NCBI GenBank assembly: GCA_023133275.1
Contig: JAGLWU010000020.1
Coordinates: forward strand, 1-63,210
Direction of reading: 5' to 3'
DNA length: 63,210 nt
Origin: Candidatus Moraniibacteriota bacterium
GTDB lineage: Bacteria; Patescibacteriota; Minisyncoccia; Moranbacterales; GCA-2747515
The stretch's first letter is position 1. Every line of letters starts with the position of its first letter. Below are positions 37,047-45,876 of this stretch, piece by piece. A program made the translations under genes and the position numbers. The notes beneath the pieces were generated by a model that did not search any database, was not told where the DNA came from, and saw only the letters and a program-made list of their open reading frames with translations.

Positions 37047-38072
37047 TTATTTTAACTTTAATAAATATTTTTTAATTTGTTTTCCGACTGCATATGCAAG
37101 ATTAATGGGGACAGCATTACCAATCTGTTTATATTGTTGAGATACTGAACCTGTAAATTTCCAATTATCAGGAAATCCTTGTATCCTTGCAGATTCTCGA
37201 ATTGTTAAAGGTCTTATTTCATCTGGATGACATCTTTCAGTTTGCTTTTGTGCGGGGCTACATAAAATTGTTAAAGAGGGTTCATTCCATGATAATTTTC
37301 TAGCTATTCCAGTTTTTCCACCTCCTAAATAATAACTCTTTCCCATATATTCTTTCGCAATTTCTTCTGGTAAATCACGCCAACATCCGCCAGCAGGAAC
37401 TAATTTAAAAATATTTATTTTTTTTTCATTATATGGAGAATGTGGTGATTCTGGAACATTTTTTAAAACATCTTTTAATACAGGTTTTTTATTTGATGGT
37501 TTAGGAAATACAAAATCAGAACCTATTTTTTTATGTATATCATTTCTAACGCCTATTATAAAAACTCGCATTCTTTTTTGTGCCACGTTATAATCCCATG
37601 AGTTTAAAACTTGATATACAACATTATATCCAGCATTTTCAAATACCTTTATCATTATTTTTAGTGTTTTTCCTCCATCGTGAGATACTAAACCTTTTAC
37701 ATTTTCTGCTAAAAACATTTTTGGTTTAATTTCAGAAAGAATTTTAGCAAAATCATAAAATAAAGTTCCACGTACATCTTCTAATCCAAGTTTTCTTCCT
37801 GCATAACTAAAAGATTGACATGGATATCCTCCAGATAATAATGTAACTTCTTCTGATGAATTTAAATACTTTTTAATACCTTCCTTTGAAAATAATTGAA
37901 CATCTTTATTTTCAATATTCCAATTAGGTCTATTCAGTTTTAATGTGTTTATGCTATGAGCATCATTATCTGTAATAAGAGTTTTTTTGAAATCAGCTTT
38001 TTCTAAGCCTAATGCAAGTCCTCCGGCTCCAGCAAATAATTCAACAACTGTTAATTTTTTCTTTTCTGACAT
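37047..38072 (-). CDS. dcm: DNA (cytosine-5)-methyltransferase
   Basis: Motif I ELFAGAGG, motif IV GGYPCQSFS, motif VI LAENVKGL, motif VIII QKRMRVFIIG, motif X QIGNAVP. Confidence 0.9.
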   Translation of the reverse strand: MSEKKKLTVVELFAGAGGLALGLEKADFKKTLITDNDAHSINTLKLNRPNWNIENKDVQLFSKEGIKKYLNSSEEVTLLSGGYPCQSFSYAGRKLGLEDVRGTLFYDFAKILSEIKPKMFLAENVKGLVSHDGGKTLKIMIKVFENAGYNVVYQVLNSWDYNVAQKRMRVFIIGVRNDIHKKIGSDFVFPKPSNKKPVLKDVLKNVPESPHSPYNEKKINIFKLVPAGGCWRDLPEEIAKEYMGKSYYLGGGKTGIARKLSWNEPSLTILCSPAQKQTERCHPDEIRPLTIRESARIQGFPDNWKFTGSVSQQYKQIGNAVPINLAYAVGKQIKKYLLKLK

Positions 38073-38185
38073 TATTTTTTTATTAAAAATGTTTTATTTA
38101 CAATATTTTAATTTATATTTAAATTATATACTAAAAAAATTATTGTAACAAATGAAAATAAAAATCATGCTATAATTAAAACATC

Positions 38186-38863
38186 ATGAAAAAAACTACA
38201 CAACAATTAAAAAAATACCACTCACCAAAAGTCTACAAAATCAAAGACAAAATCAATTTTATCATAACCGCAATATTACTACTAGAAATAGCCTTCGCAC
38301 TTTTCCGCACCGAATGGACAATTTTATTCATCACAATCATAACACTCGTTCTAATTTCCTCAGTCCAATTTTTCACAAAAAAAACACAAAGTTACATTTA
38401 CATACCAGAAGAGTTTCAAATCGCAACCGTTCTTTTTATTTTCGCAACCTTATTTCTTGGAGAAATTCACGGATATTACGAAAGCTTTTGGTGGTGGGAT
38501 TTAGTTTTGCACACAGGTTCTGCGGTTGTTTTTGGATTTGTTGGATTTATTATTTTACTAGTTTTACAAAGAGGAGGACGAGTTGAGGCAAAAGCATTAT
38601 GGTTGGCAATTTTTTCTTTCGCATTTGCGATGGCGATTGGTGTTGTGTGGGAAATTTTTGAATTCACAGCTGATCAACTTTTTAATTTAAACATGCAAAA
38701 GTCTGGTTTAACTGATACAATGTGGGATTTGATAGTAAATGCTTTAGGTGCATTATTTGCATCATTTGTTGGATTTTTATATTTAAAAGGCGAAGACAAG
38801 TTTTCTTTTTCAGTTTTGATAGATAGATTTATTAAAAATAATCCCCAATTTTTTAAAGAGTAA
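38186..38863 (+). CDS. integral membrane protein, YjdF/DUF2238-like
   Basis: Six predicted TM helices. WEIFEFTADQ...DTMWDLIVNALGALFA resembles the YjdF E.IEW...D.W D...D....GA signature. Confidence 0.45.
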   Translation: MKKTTQQLKKYHSPKVYKIKDKINFIITAILLLEIAFALFRTEWTILFITIITLVLISSVQFFTKKTQSYIYIPEEFQIATVLFIFATLFLGEIHGYYESFWWWDLVLHTGSAVVFGFVGFIILLVLQRGGRVEAKALWLAIFSFAFAMAIGVVWEIFEFTADQLFNLNMQKSGLTDTMWDLIVNALGALFASFVGFLYLKGEDKFSFSVLIDRFIKNNPQFFKE

Positions 38864-38865
38864 AA

Positions 38866-38947
38866 ATAGATGAGTAGAATGGTAGATTTTTAGACAATTA
38901 GATCTGTAGAACAGTAGACTTGTAGAAATGTTGCATTGTAACGTTTT
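38866..38947 (+). repeat. phased TAGA array plus GTAG-headed hairpin
   Basis: TAGATGAGTAGAATGGTAGATTTTTAGACAATTAGATCTGTAGAACAGTAGACTTGTAGAAATGTTGCATTGTAACGTTTT, with TAGA every 8-9 nt. The hairpin needs G.U pairs available only in plus-strand RNA. Confidence 0.75.
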
Positions 38948-39140
38948 GAAATGAAAAAATATAAAAAATTTCAAATTATAAATTTTAAACTTTGATTAGA
39001 ATTATAATTTTTTTAATTTTGCAAAAATAGTGTTTTGTGTTTGTTCGAGAAAAAATAAAAGAATATGTTATAATATAAAAAGTTATGAAAATATTTTTGT
39101 ATCAAAATAAAAAATAAAATCTTAATATTAAAATAAAGTT

Positions 39141-40391
39141 ATGGAAAATAAATTAGGAGAGTTTCAAGTTCACACAATGGGTGGGAGTAATATATCTGGA
39201 AATGCGAGTACAGGAAACATTAATTCTTCCAAATCCGCACAAAGTATTCCGAAGAAAGCTCAATCAAATTTGTATCAACGAAATCCTCTTTCTTCACAGC
39301 CTAAATCAAGTACTTTAAATAGTGGTACGCAAAGCAGTTTGAATAAACCATTTGTAGGAACGCCAACCCCTTCATCAGCGGGTAGTGGTTTTGGTCAAGT
39401 TGGTACAGGTGGAGGTTCTGGTGTTCCGGTTATGAGTGATTCGTTTGAAGAGGGTGAATTGTCGGGAAAATCTTCAAATAAGTTATTGAAAATAATTATA
39501 GGTGTTTTTATTGGAATTGTTTTGATAGGTGGAGCGGTTTTTGGAGTTTTTGTTTTAAATGATAAAAAAGGTGATGTTGTTGAAGAGGAGGGAATTGCGG
39601 ATCAAGTGTTGATTGATAAATCGGATGTGGTTGTGCCTGAACAAAATGCTGAAAATAAAATTGACACGCCTTCAACAACTACTTTGAATAAAAGATATTC
39701 TGAAGAACTTCTTAATTATTTGATGATAGATACTGAAAGTGAGAATGTTTTATCTGACATTAAAAAAGAATTAGAGGCAGTTAGAACTAGTTTGCCTTCT
39801 CAAAATTTTTCAAAGCCAATTACTTTTGTTGTTACCAATAAACAAAGTAAGCCAATTTCATTTAGTGATTTTTCATCGCATGCTAACATGAATATTCCAG
39901 CTGATATTTTATTGACTTTGGAAGATAAATTTGAATTGTATGCTTTTAATGATTTTGATGCGGGTGTGCGTTTTGGTTTTCGGGTGGATGTGAAAAATGA
40001 AGCGACTTTAGTGGCAACTTTAGATTCTAATGCTTCAGCTATTCCTCCAGCGATGATGATTTTTTTCAAGGATTTTAAATTGGATGTTGCTCAGGAAATG
40101 ATTTTTAAGAATGGTAGTTATAAAAATTATGCAGTGAAGTATTTGAATTTGAACGAAGCGGAGACTAGTTCTATTGATTATATAATTAATGATAGTCGTT
40201 GGATTTTGGGAACGAATCAGAAGACTTTGAGGGCGATTGCGGATAAGATTGATGGAAAAAGTAATTCTTCTTCTGATACGGATTCAAATATGGAAAATTC
40301 TGAAAATACAACTTTAAAAGCAGAGAGTTCTACAGAAGATAATTCAGATTCAATAATACAAACTAGTAGTTTTGATGAAATGGTAAATTAG
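39141..40391 (+). CDS. hypothetical single-pass membrane protein (Ser/Gly-rich N-terminus)
   Basis: 416-aa ORF with TM helix LLKIIIGVFIGIVLIGGAVFGVFVL and no catalytic motif. Confidence 0.5.
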   Translation: MENKLGEFQVHTMGGSNISGNASTGNINSSKSAQSIPKKAQSNLYQRNPLSSQPKSSTLNSGTQSSLNKPFVGTPTPSSAGSGFGQVGTGGGSGVPVMSDSFEEGELSGKSSNKLLKIIIGVFIGIVLIGGAVFGVFVLNDKKGDVVEEEGIADQVLIDKSDVVVPEQNAENKIDTPSTTTLNKRYSEELLNYLMIDTESENVLSDIKKELEAVRTSLPSQNFSKPITFVVTNKQSKPISFSDFSSHANMNIPADILLTLEDKFELYAFNDFDAGVRFGFRVDVKNEATLVATLDSNASAIPPAMMIFFKDFKLDVAQEMIFKNGSYKNYAVKYLNLNEAETSSIDYIINDSRWILGTNQKTLRAIADKIDGKSNSSSDTDSNMENSENTTLKAESSTEDNSDSIIQTSSFDEMVN

Positions 40392-40489
40392 TTATCACTA
40401 GTATTTTGAATTTTTAAAAGAACTAGTTTTGTGGCTAGTTCTTTTTGTTTTATTTATTTTAAAAATATTTCAGAATGATATGTCTGGGA

Positions 40490-40585
40490 GTAGGAAACGC
40501 ATATATGCGTTCCCTACTACGAAATGAAGGAATATTTTAGAATTTCGAAAAATGTTGAATGGTGAAAAGTCCGTGCGGCGAGCAC
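40490..40585 (+). repeat. GTAG palindrome + conserved linker + GC box (copy C1; box has 1 substitution)
   Basis: GTAGGAAACGCATATATGCGTTCCCTAC, then ..GAATGAAGGAATATTTTAGAATTTCGAAAAATGTTGAATGGTGAAA, then AGTCCGTGCGGCGAGCAC (40568-40585). Confidence 0.85.
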
Positions 40586-40601
40586 TTGAATTCTCTTAAA
40601 A

Positions 40602-41795
40602 TTAAATATTTTCTTTAATTTTTTGTTGGACAAGATTGTAAGCATTTTTTCTAGCTTTAGTTTCCAAGGTAATTTTATAAATCCCTTCAGAAATCGGTTC
40701 ACCAAATTCCTTTTCCGAAAGTTCACCGATCTTTTCTGCATCAATAATTGCAGTATAATTATTTTTTTCATCTTCATAAAGAATAATGTAAATCTTTCCG
40801 TCAGAATAATTTTGCTTAATTTTTTTCAAAACAGTGTAAAGATCATTTGTTTGAGCGTCTGTTATTTCAATTTCTTTTTTACTTAAAATAGTCCAAATTA
40901 AATCATTTTTTTCATCATTATTCAAATTTGCCATTGCTTTGCCCCACAATTTTATCAAAGAAAGTGGTTGAGTTTTATAAAGATGTTGAACGATGTTTTG
41001 TTGGTCAGCTCCTTTTTCGATTAAATAACTCGCCAAATTCATGGAGTTAGGCGTTGTGTTTTGTTTTTGGAAGCTGTGAGTCGCACTGATAATTCCTGTC
41101 AACAAACAATCAGCACAATCTTTTGAAATACTTTCTTTGTCGACTGATTGAAATAATTCTCCGACTATTTCGGAGATTGAGGAGGCGGTTATTTTTACAA
41201 TATTTAATTGTCCAAATTGATTATTTTCATTTTTGTTGTCAATGTTGATTACAGGCATTTCGTAAAATAAATCGGGAACTTCATCATGGATTTTTCCAGC
41301 AGATTCTCGTTCGGTCATTCCCAAAGTTATAATTAAATTGTAGGGAAATTTTGCGGGCATGAAAGAAAAATCTCGTGAGTCAACCATTCCTTGTTCGGGC
41401 GTGATGTAAATGCGAAATTCGTCTTCAAGCCGTTCAGTTCTTGTTTTGAGAATATTGTTATATTTTGTTTTAAAACTTAAAATTAAATCTCGAGAGCCGG
41501 TGAGTGAATGGGTAATATTGGTGTTTTTGGGCATTTCGAGAAAATTGATGGATTTCTGATTTTCTTGCGGATCGATGTAGGCGAGGGTAGTTTGGATATT
41601 TTTTTGATCACAAAAGTGAGATAAGCCCAGTCCGGAGCTCAAAGTGTCGTAGTTTGGGTTTTCGGGTAGGATGATTAAAACATGAGTGCTTTTTAGTAAT
41701 AATTTTGTGAATTGTGTGGTAGTATTTTGATTCATTGAGTCTTTTATAATAATGGGATGATAGGTAATGGTATCATTGGAAATTTTTTGTGTCAA
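40602..41795 (-). CDS. DHH/DHHA1-like protein with degenerate catalytic motifs
   Basis: Architecture and length resemble NrnA. However, motif I reads PNYDTLSS (first Asp lost), the DHH position reads IDNK, and there is no GGGH in the C-terminal domain. Confidence 0.45.
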   Translation of the reverse strand: MTQKISNDTITYHPIIIKDSMNQNTTTQFTKLLLKSTHVLIILPENPNYDTLSSGLGLSHFCDQKNIQTTLAYIDPQENQKSINFLEMPKNTNITHSLTGSRDLILSFKTKYNNILKTRTERLEDEFRIYITPEQGMVDSRDFSFMPAKFPYNLIITLGMTERESAGKIHDEVPDLFYEMPVINIDNKNENNQFGQLNIVKITASSISEIVGELFQSVDKESISKDCADCLLTGIISATHSFQKQNTTPNSMNLASYLIEKGADQQNIVQHLYKTQPLSLIKLWGKAMANLNNDEKNDLIWTILSKKEIEITDAQTNDLYTVLKKIKQNYSDGKIYIILYEDEKNNYTAIIDAEKIGELSEKEFGEPISEGIYKITLETKARKNAYNLVQQKIKENI

Positions 41796-41820
41796 ATTTT
41801 TTTACTTTTGCATATTTTTT

Positions 41821-41868
41821 GTGCTCGCCGCACGGGCTTTTCGGGTTTGCCAGTGGCAAACCCCTACA
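41821..41868 (-). repeat. GC box (exact, reverse) + palindrome GGGTTTGCCAGTGGCAAACCC + CTACA
   Basis: GTGCTCGCCGCACGGGCTTTTCGGGTTTGCCAGTGGCAAACCCCTACAG. The box lies 26 nt upstream of the 41795 start codon. Confidence 0.9.
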
Positions 41869-42053
41869 GATTTTTAAACCCCCTAAGATATGTCATTCCG
41901 GAAATTTTTTTATTTTTGAATTTTATCGTAGAGACGTTTTGCCAAAACGTCTCTATTTGATTATGTGATGACAAAATGAAAAAATGTATAAGTTTTACGA
42001 AAAGGGATTTTAAAAAATGTTATTTGTGTTATAATAAATGTAATATAAAATAA

Positions 42054-44168
42054 ATGTCAAGTTTTTTAAATAAAAATAAATTTAAAAATAAATTTAAAAA
42101 TAAATCGTTTAAAGTAGCCACAAGGGTACTTGTTTTTTCTTGCTTTCTTTTTCTTTCTTGCAATATTGTTAATGCACAAGATATTAGTGACCCTAATATA
42201 AATCCTCCAATTAATGTTGACGGGGATAATGGATCTGCTGGAAGTAATCTAAATCCTGCTAACTGGATACCAAATATATTACTTTCTATTTTACAACTTA
42301 TGGGTTGGTTTGTTAAAATAGCAGCTAATTTATTTAACGTAGCAATTAATCCTTCGCTTTTTAATGAGATTTTTGTAGAAAAAGGAAAAGTTTTGTATGA
42401 TATGTGGAGTTTCATCAAGGATTTTCTTAATATCTTTTTTATTTTAATTTTGCTTTTAAGTGCTTTTGCGACGGTTTTTCAGGTTTCAAAATATCACATC
42501 ATGAAAGGAAATATTCTTTTGTGGGTGGTTTTAATGGCTCTTTTGGTTAATTTTAGTTGGCCAGTTACTCGGGTGATTATTGATATGAGTAATGTTACGA
42601 TGTATTTTTTTGTAGATGAGATGCTGGGTGATTCTGGTGGTACAGGTACTACGGCAAAATTAGGTGCATTATCTAATTTGAGCGATCTAATGGTTCCAAA
42701 TAATTATGATAAAACAATTGGGGGAAGTGGGTTGGATATTTCTTATATTTTGATGGCAATAGTGGTTATGTTTATTTTTGCGATGACTTTATTTGCTTAT
42801 GCGGGGGTTTTATTGATTCGAGTAATTGCCTTGACTATGTTGCTAATTTTTTCGCCAATTGGTTTTGTGGCAGCAGCTTTTCCGGCGACTAGTAAATATG
42901 CGACTCAATGGTGGGATGCTTTGTTTAAATATGCGTTTAATGGGCCTATTTTGGTTTTTATGTTAGTGGTGGCTATTAAGATGATGGAGGCTATTGGAAA
43001 AAGTGATATAGGTGAAAATAATACAAATCTTTTGGATATAATCGCAAAAGGTTCTACGACTAATTTTTTTAATGAAATTGCTACAAGTGCTACTTTTTTT
43101 GCGATTCCTATTTTTATTCTTTGGATGGCTTTGATTGTGGCTGGGAAGACTGATGGTGCTTCTGGTTGGGCAGCTAAAAAGGCTCAGGGGTGGACGAAGG
43201 ATACTGGAAAATGGGCTGCTAAATATAGTAGAAAAGGTATGGCGACTGGTACTGATATTCTCGCTAATCAAACAGTTGGTAGGGCAACTCGTGGTGTGGG
43301 TAGCTTGATGTCAAAGTCAAGGCATGAGCGTGTACGTAAGGCGGGAGATGTTTTAAAAGAGAAAAAATTTACGCCTATTATTGCGGGGCAGGGTGTTTTT
43401 CAGGGGGGCGTTCAGAGGAGTAAGAATATGTTGACGAAGTGGGATAAGGAAAGACAAGGGGAGATTGCTGGCGTGAAAGCGGGAACTATGGAAACACTTG
43501 GAGATAAAGCAGCTATGCAAAATCTTGAAAATCAGCAAGTTTCCGAAATCAAGAAAGATCTTAAAGATAGAAATGTTGATTTTGATAGTATGGTTGAACA
43601 AGCTAAAACTGCGAAAGGTACTAGATTGAGAGCTTTGACTGAGACTATTTCAAGTCATAATCAATTACCTTATATTGATTCAAAAGATTATGGGAAGATT
43701 ATGAATCAGTTAGAAAATGATACTTCTAAATCTGTTAAAGAATTAAGTAAATCTTTAACAGGAAGTCTAAGGTCTAAGGGTGGTGGTAGTGTTATAGTGA
43801 AAAACGAATTAGTTAAAGGCACTGATGCAAAGATAATTTTTGAAGATAATTTTAGTAAAATAAAAGGGAAAGATCTTGCTAAACATGGAGGTTTATTTAC
43901 AGAAAAAGATGAGGAAACAAGAAAGCATATTATAGGAAATGCCTCTAAAAAAGGTACGGTTGCTAATGAGTTGAGAGAAGCTATGAAAGATTCTGAATTT
44001 AAACAAAGTTTTTTATTGAACGCATCAACGGCTGTTAAAAAAGGCGCTGTAGAAGCTGGAATTTTATTAGATGAAAATAGAATATCTGAAATAAAACAAA
44101 AAACTATTCTTACTCCCGAAGAAGACAGTATTTTAAGAAATCAAGAACAATTAAATGCAAGAAAATAA
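42054..44168 (+). CDS. large polytopic membrane protein with signal peptide and hydrophilic C-terminal half (VirB6/TrbL-like topology, speculative)
   Basis: Signal sequence ending VNAQD, at least 7 hydrophobic helices in residues 70-370, then a roughly 330-aa Lys/Glu-rich tail. Confidence 0.5.
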   Translation: MSSFLNKNKFKNKFKNKSFKVATRVLVFSCFLFLSCNIVNAQDISDPNINPPINVDGDNGSAGSNLNPANWIPNILLSILQLMGWFVKIAANLFNVAINPSLFNEIFVEKGKVLYDMWSFIKDFLNIFFILILLLSAFATVFQVSKYHIMKGNILLWVVLMALLVNFSWPVTRVIIDMSNVTMYFFVDEMLGDSGGTGTTAKLGALSNLSDLMVPNNYDKTIGGSGLDISYILMAIVVMFIFAMTLFAYAGVLLIRVIALTMLLIFSPIGFVAAAFPATSKYATQWWDALFKYAFNGPILVFMLVVAIKMMEAIGKSDIGENNTNLLDIIAKGSTTNFFNEIATSATFFAIPIFILWMALIVAGKTDGASGWAAKKAQGWTKDTGKWAAKYSRKGMATGTDILANQTVGRATRGVGSLMSKSRHERVRKAGDVLKEKKFTPIIAGQGVFQGGVQRSKNMLTKWDKERQGEIAGVKAGTMETLGDKAAMQNLENQQVSEIKKDLKDRNVDFDSMVEQAKTAKGTRLRALTETISSHNQLPYIDSKDYGKIMNQLENDTSKSVKELSKSLTGSLRSKGGGSVIVKNELVKGTDAKIIFEDNFSKIKGKDLAKHGGLFTEKDEETRKHIIGNASKKGTVANELREAMKDSEFKQSFLLNASTAVKKGAVEAGILLDENRISEIKQKTILTPEEDSILRNQEQLNARK

Positions 44169-45573
44169 AAATTACAAAAAAGAAGAAAAATATTATCCAA
44201 TGTTAGTTCCGATTAATTATGGTCGGACGGACAAAGATGATGAATTTTTAAATTTATGGGAGCGTTTTCGATCATTGCAAGAAAGCAAAAAAAACATTGT
44301 AAGTTCAGACAAACTTGTAGATTTTATCTATGGAGCATCTCAGCGTTACAATTTAGACGAGACAAAAACCGAAGAATTCTCACGGACAGTCCGACAATAT
44401 TTTTTCAACGAAATACAAGACGGACAATTTGCCCGAAAAATCGCAGAACTTTGCAACACATCAAATGAAGAAGGATTAGAAATCCTAAACTCTATCAAAA
44501 ACATCCAGCCAGAATTCGAAACAGAAACCAAAAGAAATTTAATAACAGGACAAACTTACACAGCGTCTAAACAAACCCCAACAGTTTCTCGACGGCAAAC
44601 TACTAGGAGTCAAATGAGTAGTACAACCACTCCGCAAGTTTCAAACATAGTTCAAATTCCAGTTAGAAAAGCTTTAAAATTATATCCAAAATTAGAATCA
44701 CAAACTTTAACTCAAAATCCAATTATTTCCAAGCCATTTTTAAAGCCAGTTAAACCGACGATTAAAAATTGGTTGACAATTTACGAGGAATTGATGGGGG
44801 CAGGAAAAAAAGGAGCGATTGATCGGGGAAATTTTCTTTTTCATTCGGAGGCGACGAAAAATTTACCAACTGAAGAACGACAAAAATTAGCTCAAGTGTT
44901 TAAGTCAGCCGATGAAAATTTAGATTTGAAAATTGATACGATCAAGGGTGAAATTATTTTTTCAGTTGTTTCTGACAAAAAAAAATATTCTGGTAAAAAT
45001 CTTTCTGATAGCTCGATTGAGAAAAGTTTTGATAAAAATAAGTCGTCTGATAAATTTGATGAAAGTATTTTTGATGGTAAATTTGAAAAAAAGTTGGAGG
45101 ATAATTTTGTGAGTGGTCAGTTTAAAAAATCTGTTAATACTTCTCAAAAAACTTTTCAACCTCAACAAAAAGTTGCTAACAATCCAGTTTTAGATTTTTC
45201 TAAACTTAAACCTAAATTTAAGTCTGAGTCTGACGTTGTTTCACAAGAAAATTACTTTCAAAAATTGACTCCTGATAATTCTTTATCACAAAAAAATAAT
45301 GTGTTTGCAAAAAATCCGCAATCTTTTGTGAATGATCGCAATTCAAAAACAACTGATGCGAGTTTTCAGTCAGATAATTTTATTAACCAAGGGAATGATA
45401 ATTTGAATAATTTTTCTGTTGATGGAGGCGTTGAGAAAGTTAGCAGCATGGGGAATGATAGTTTTGATGTGCCTAAACAAGAGGGCGATTCTTTAATTTC
45501 TTTGGATAATTCTGATGAGGAAAGTATGAGTTTTAGTTCCAGTCATGTTTTGCCGATTGAGAAGAAAGAGTGA
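44155..45573 (+). CDS. hypothetical hydrophilic protein, translationally coupled to the 42054-44168 gene
   Basis: Its ATG lies 14 nt inside the upstream gene. Ser/Thr/Gln/Asn-rich C-terminal half. No motif recognised. Confidence 0.5.
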   Translation: MQENKNYKKEEKYYPMLVPINYGRTDKDDEFLNLWERFRSLQESKKNIVSSDKLVDFIYGASQRYNLDETKTEEFSRTVRQYFFNEIQDGQFARKIAELCNTSNEEGLEILNSIKNIQPEFETETKRNLITGQTYTASKQTPTVSRRQTTRSQMSSTTTPQVSNIVQIPVRKALKLYPKLESQTLTQNPIISKPFLKPVKPTIKNWLTIYEELMGAGKKGAIDRGNFLFHSEATKNLPTEERQKLAQVFKSADENLDLKIDTIKGEIIFSVVSDKKKYSGKNLSDSSIEKSFDKNKSSDKFDESIFDGKFEKKLEDNFVSGQFKKSVNTSQKTFQPQQKVANNPVLDFSKLKPKFKSESDVVSQENYFQKLTPDNSLSQKNNVFAKNPQSFVNDRNSKTTDASFQSDNFINQGNDNLNNFSVDGGVEKVSSMGNDSFDVPKQEGDSLISLDNSDEESMSFSSSHVLPIEKKE

Positions 45574-45668
45574 TTAGATTTGTAATAATCAGTAAGTAGA
45601 TAATTAGATTTTCACTATCTCTCGTACATGTCATTCAGGATGACATGATTAAAAGTTTTGTGATTTTT

Positions 45669-45764
45669 GTAGTGAACGCACATGTGCGTTCACTACTACA
45701 GAATGAAAGAATGTTTTAGAATTTCGAAAAATGTTAAATGGTAGAAAGCCCGTGCGGCGAGCAC
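45669..45764 (+). repeat. GTAG palindrome + conserved linker + GC box (copy C2, box exact)
   Basis: Perfect 28-bp palindrome GTAGTGAACGCACATGTGCGTTCACTAC, then the linker ..GAATGAAAGAATGTTTTAGAATTTCGAAAAATGTTAAATGGTAGAA, then the box at 45747-45764. Confidence 0.9.
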
Positions 45765-45876
45765 TATTAAAATTTTTGAAAAATAAAAAAGTTTAGTTTT
45801 TAAGATTAAAAAGTTTTAAAATAATAATAATTTATAGTTATTGATGGATAGTTACTAATTTACTAAATTTGGATTT

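Noticed and set aside
42029-42418. 129-aa minus-strand ORF
   Set aside because: It is antisense to the 5' end of the 704-aa membrane-protein gene, which has a signal peptide and continuous hydrophobic helices. There are no independent signals for it.
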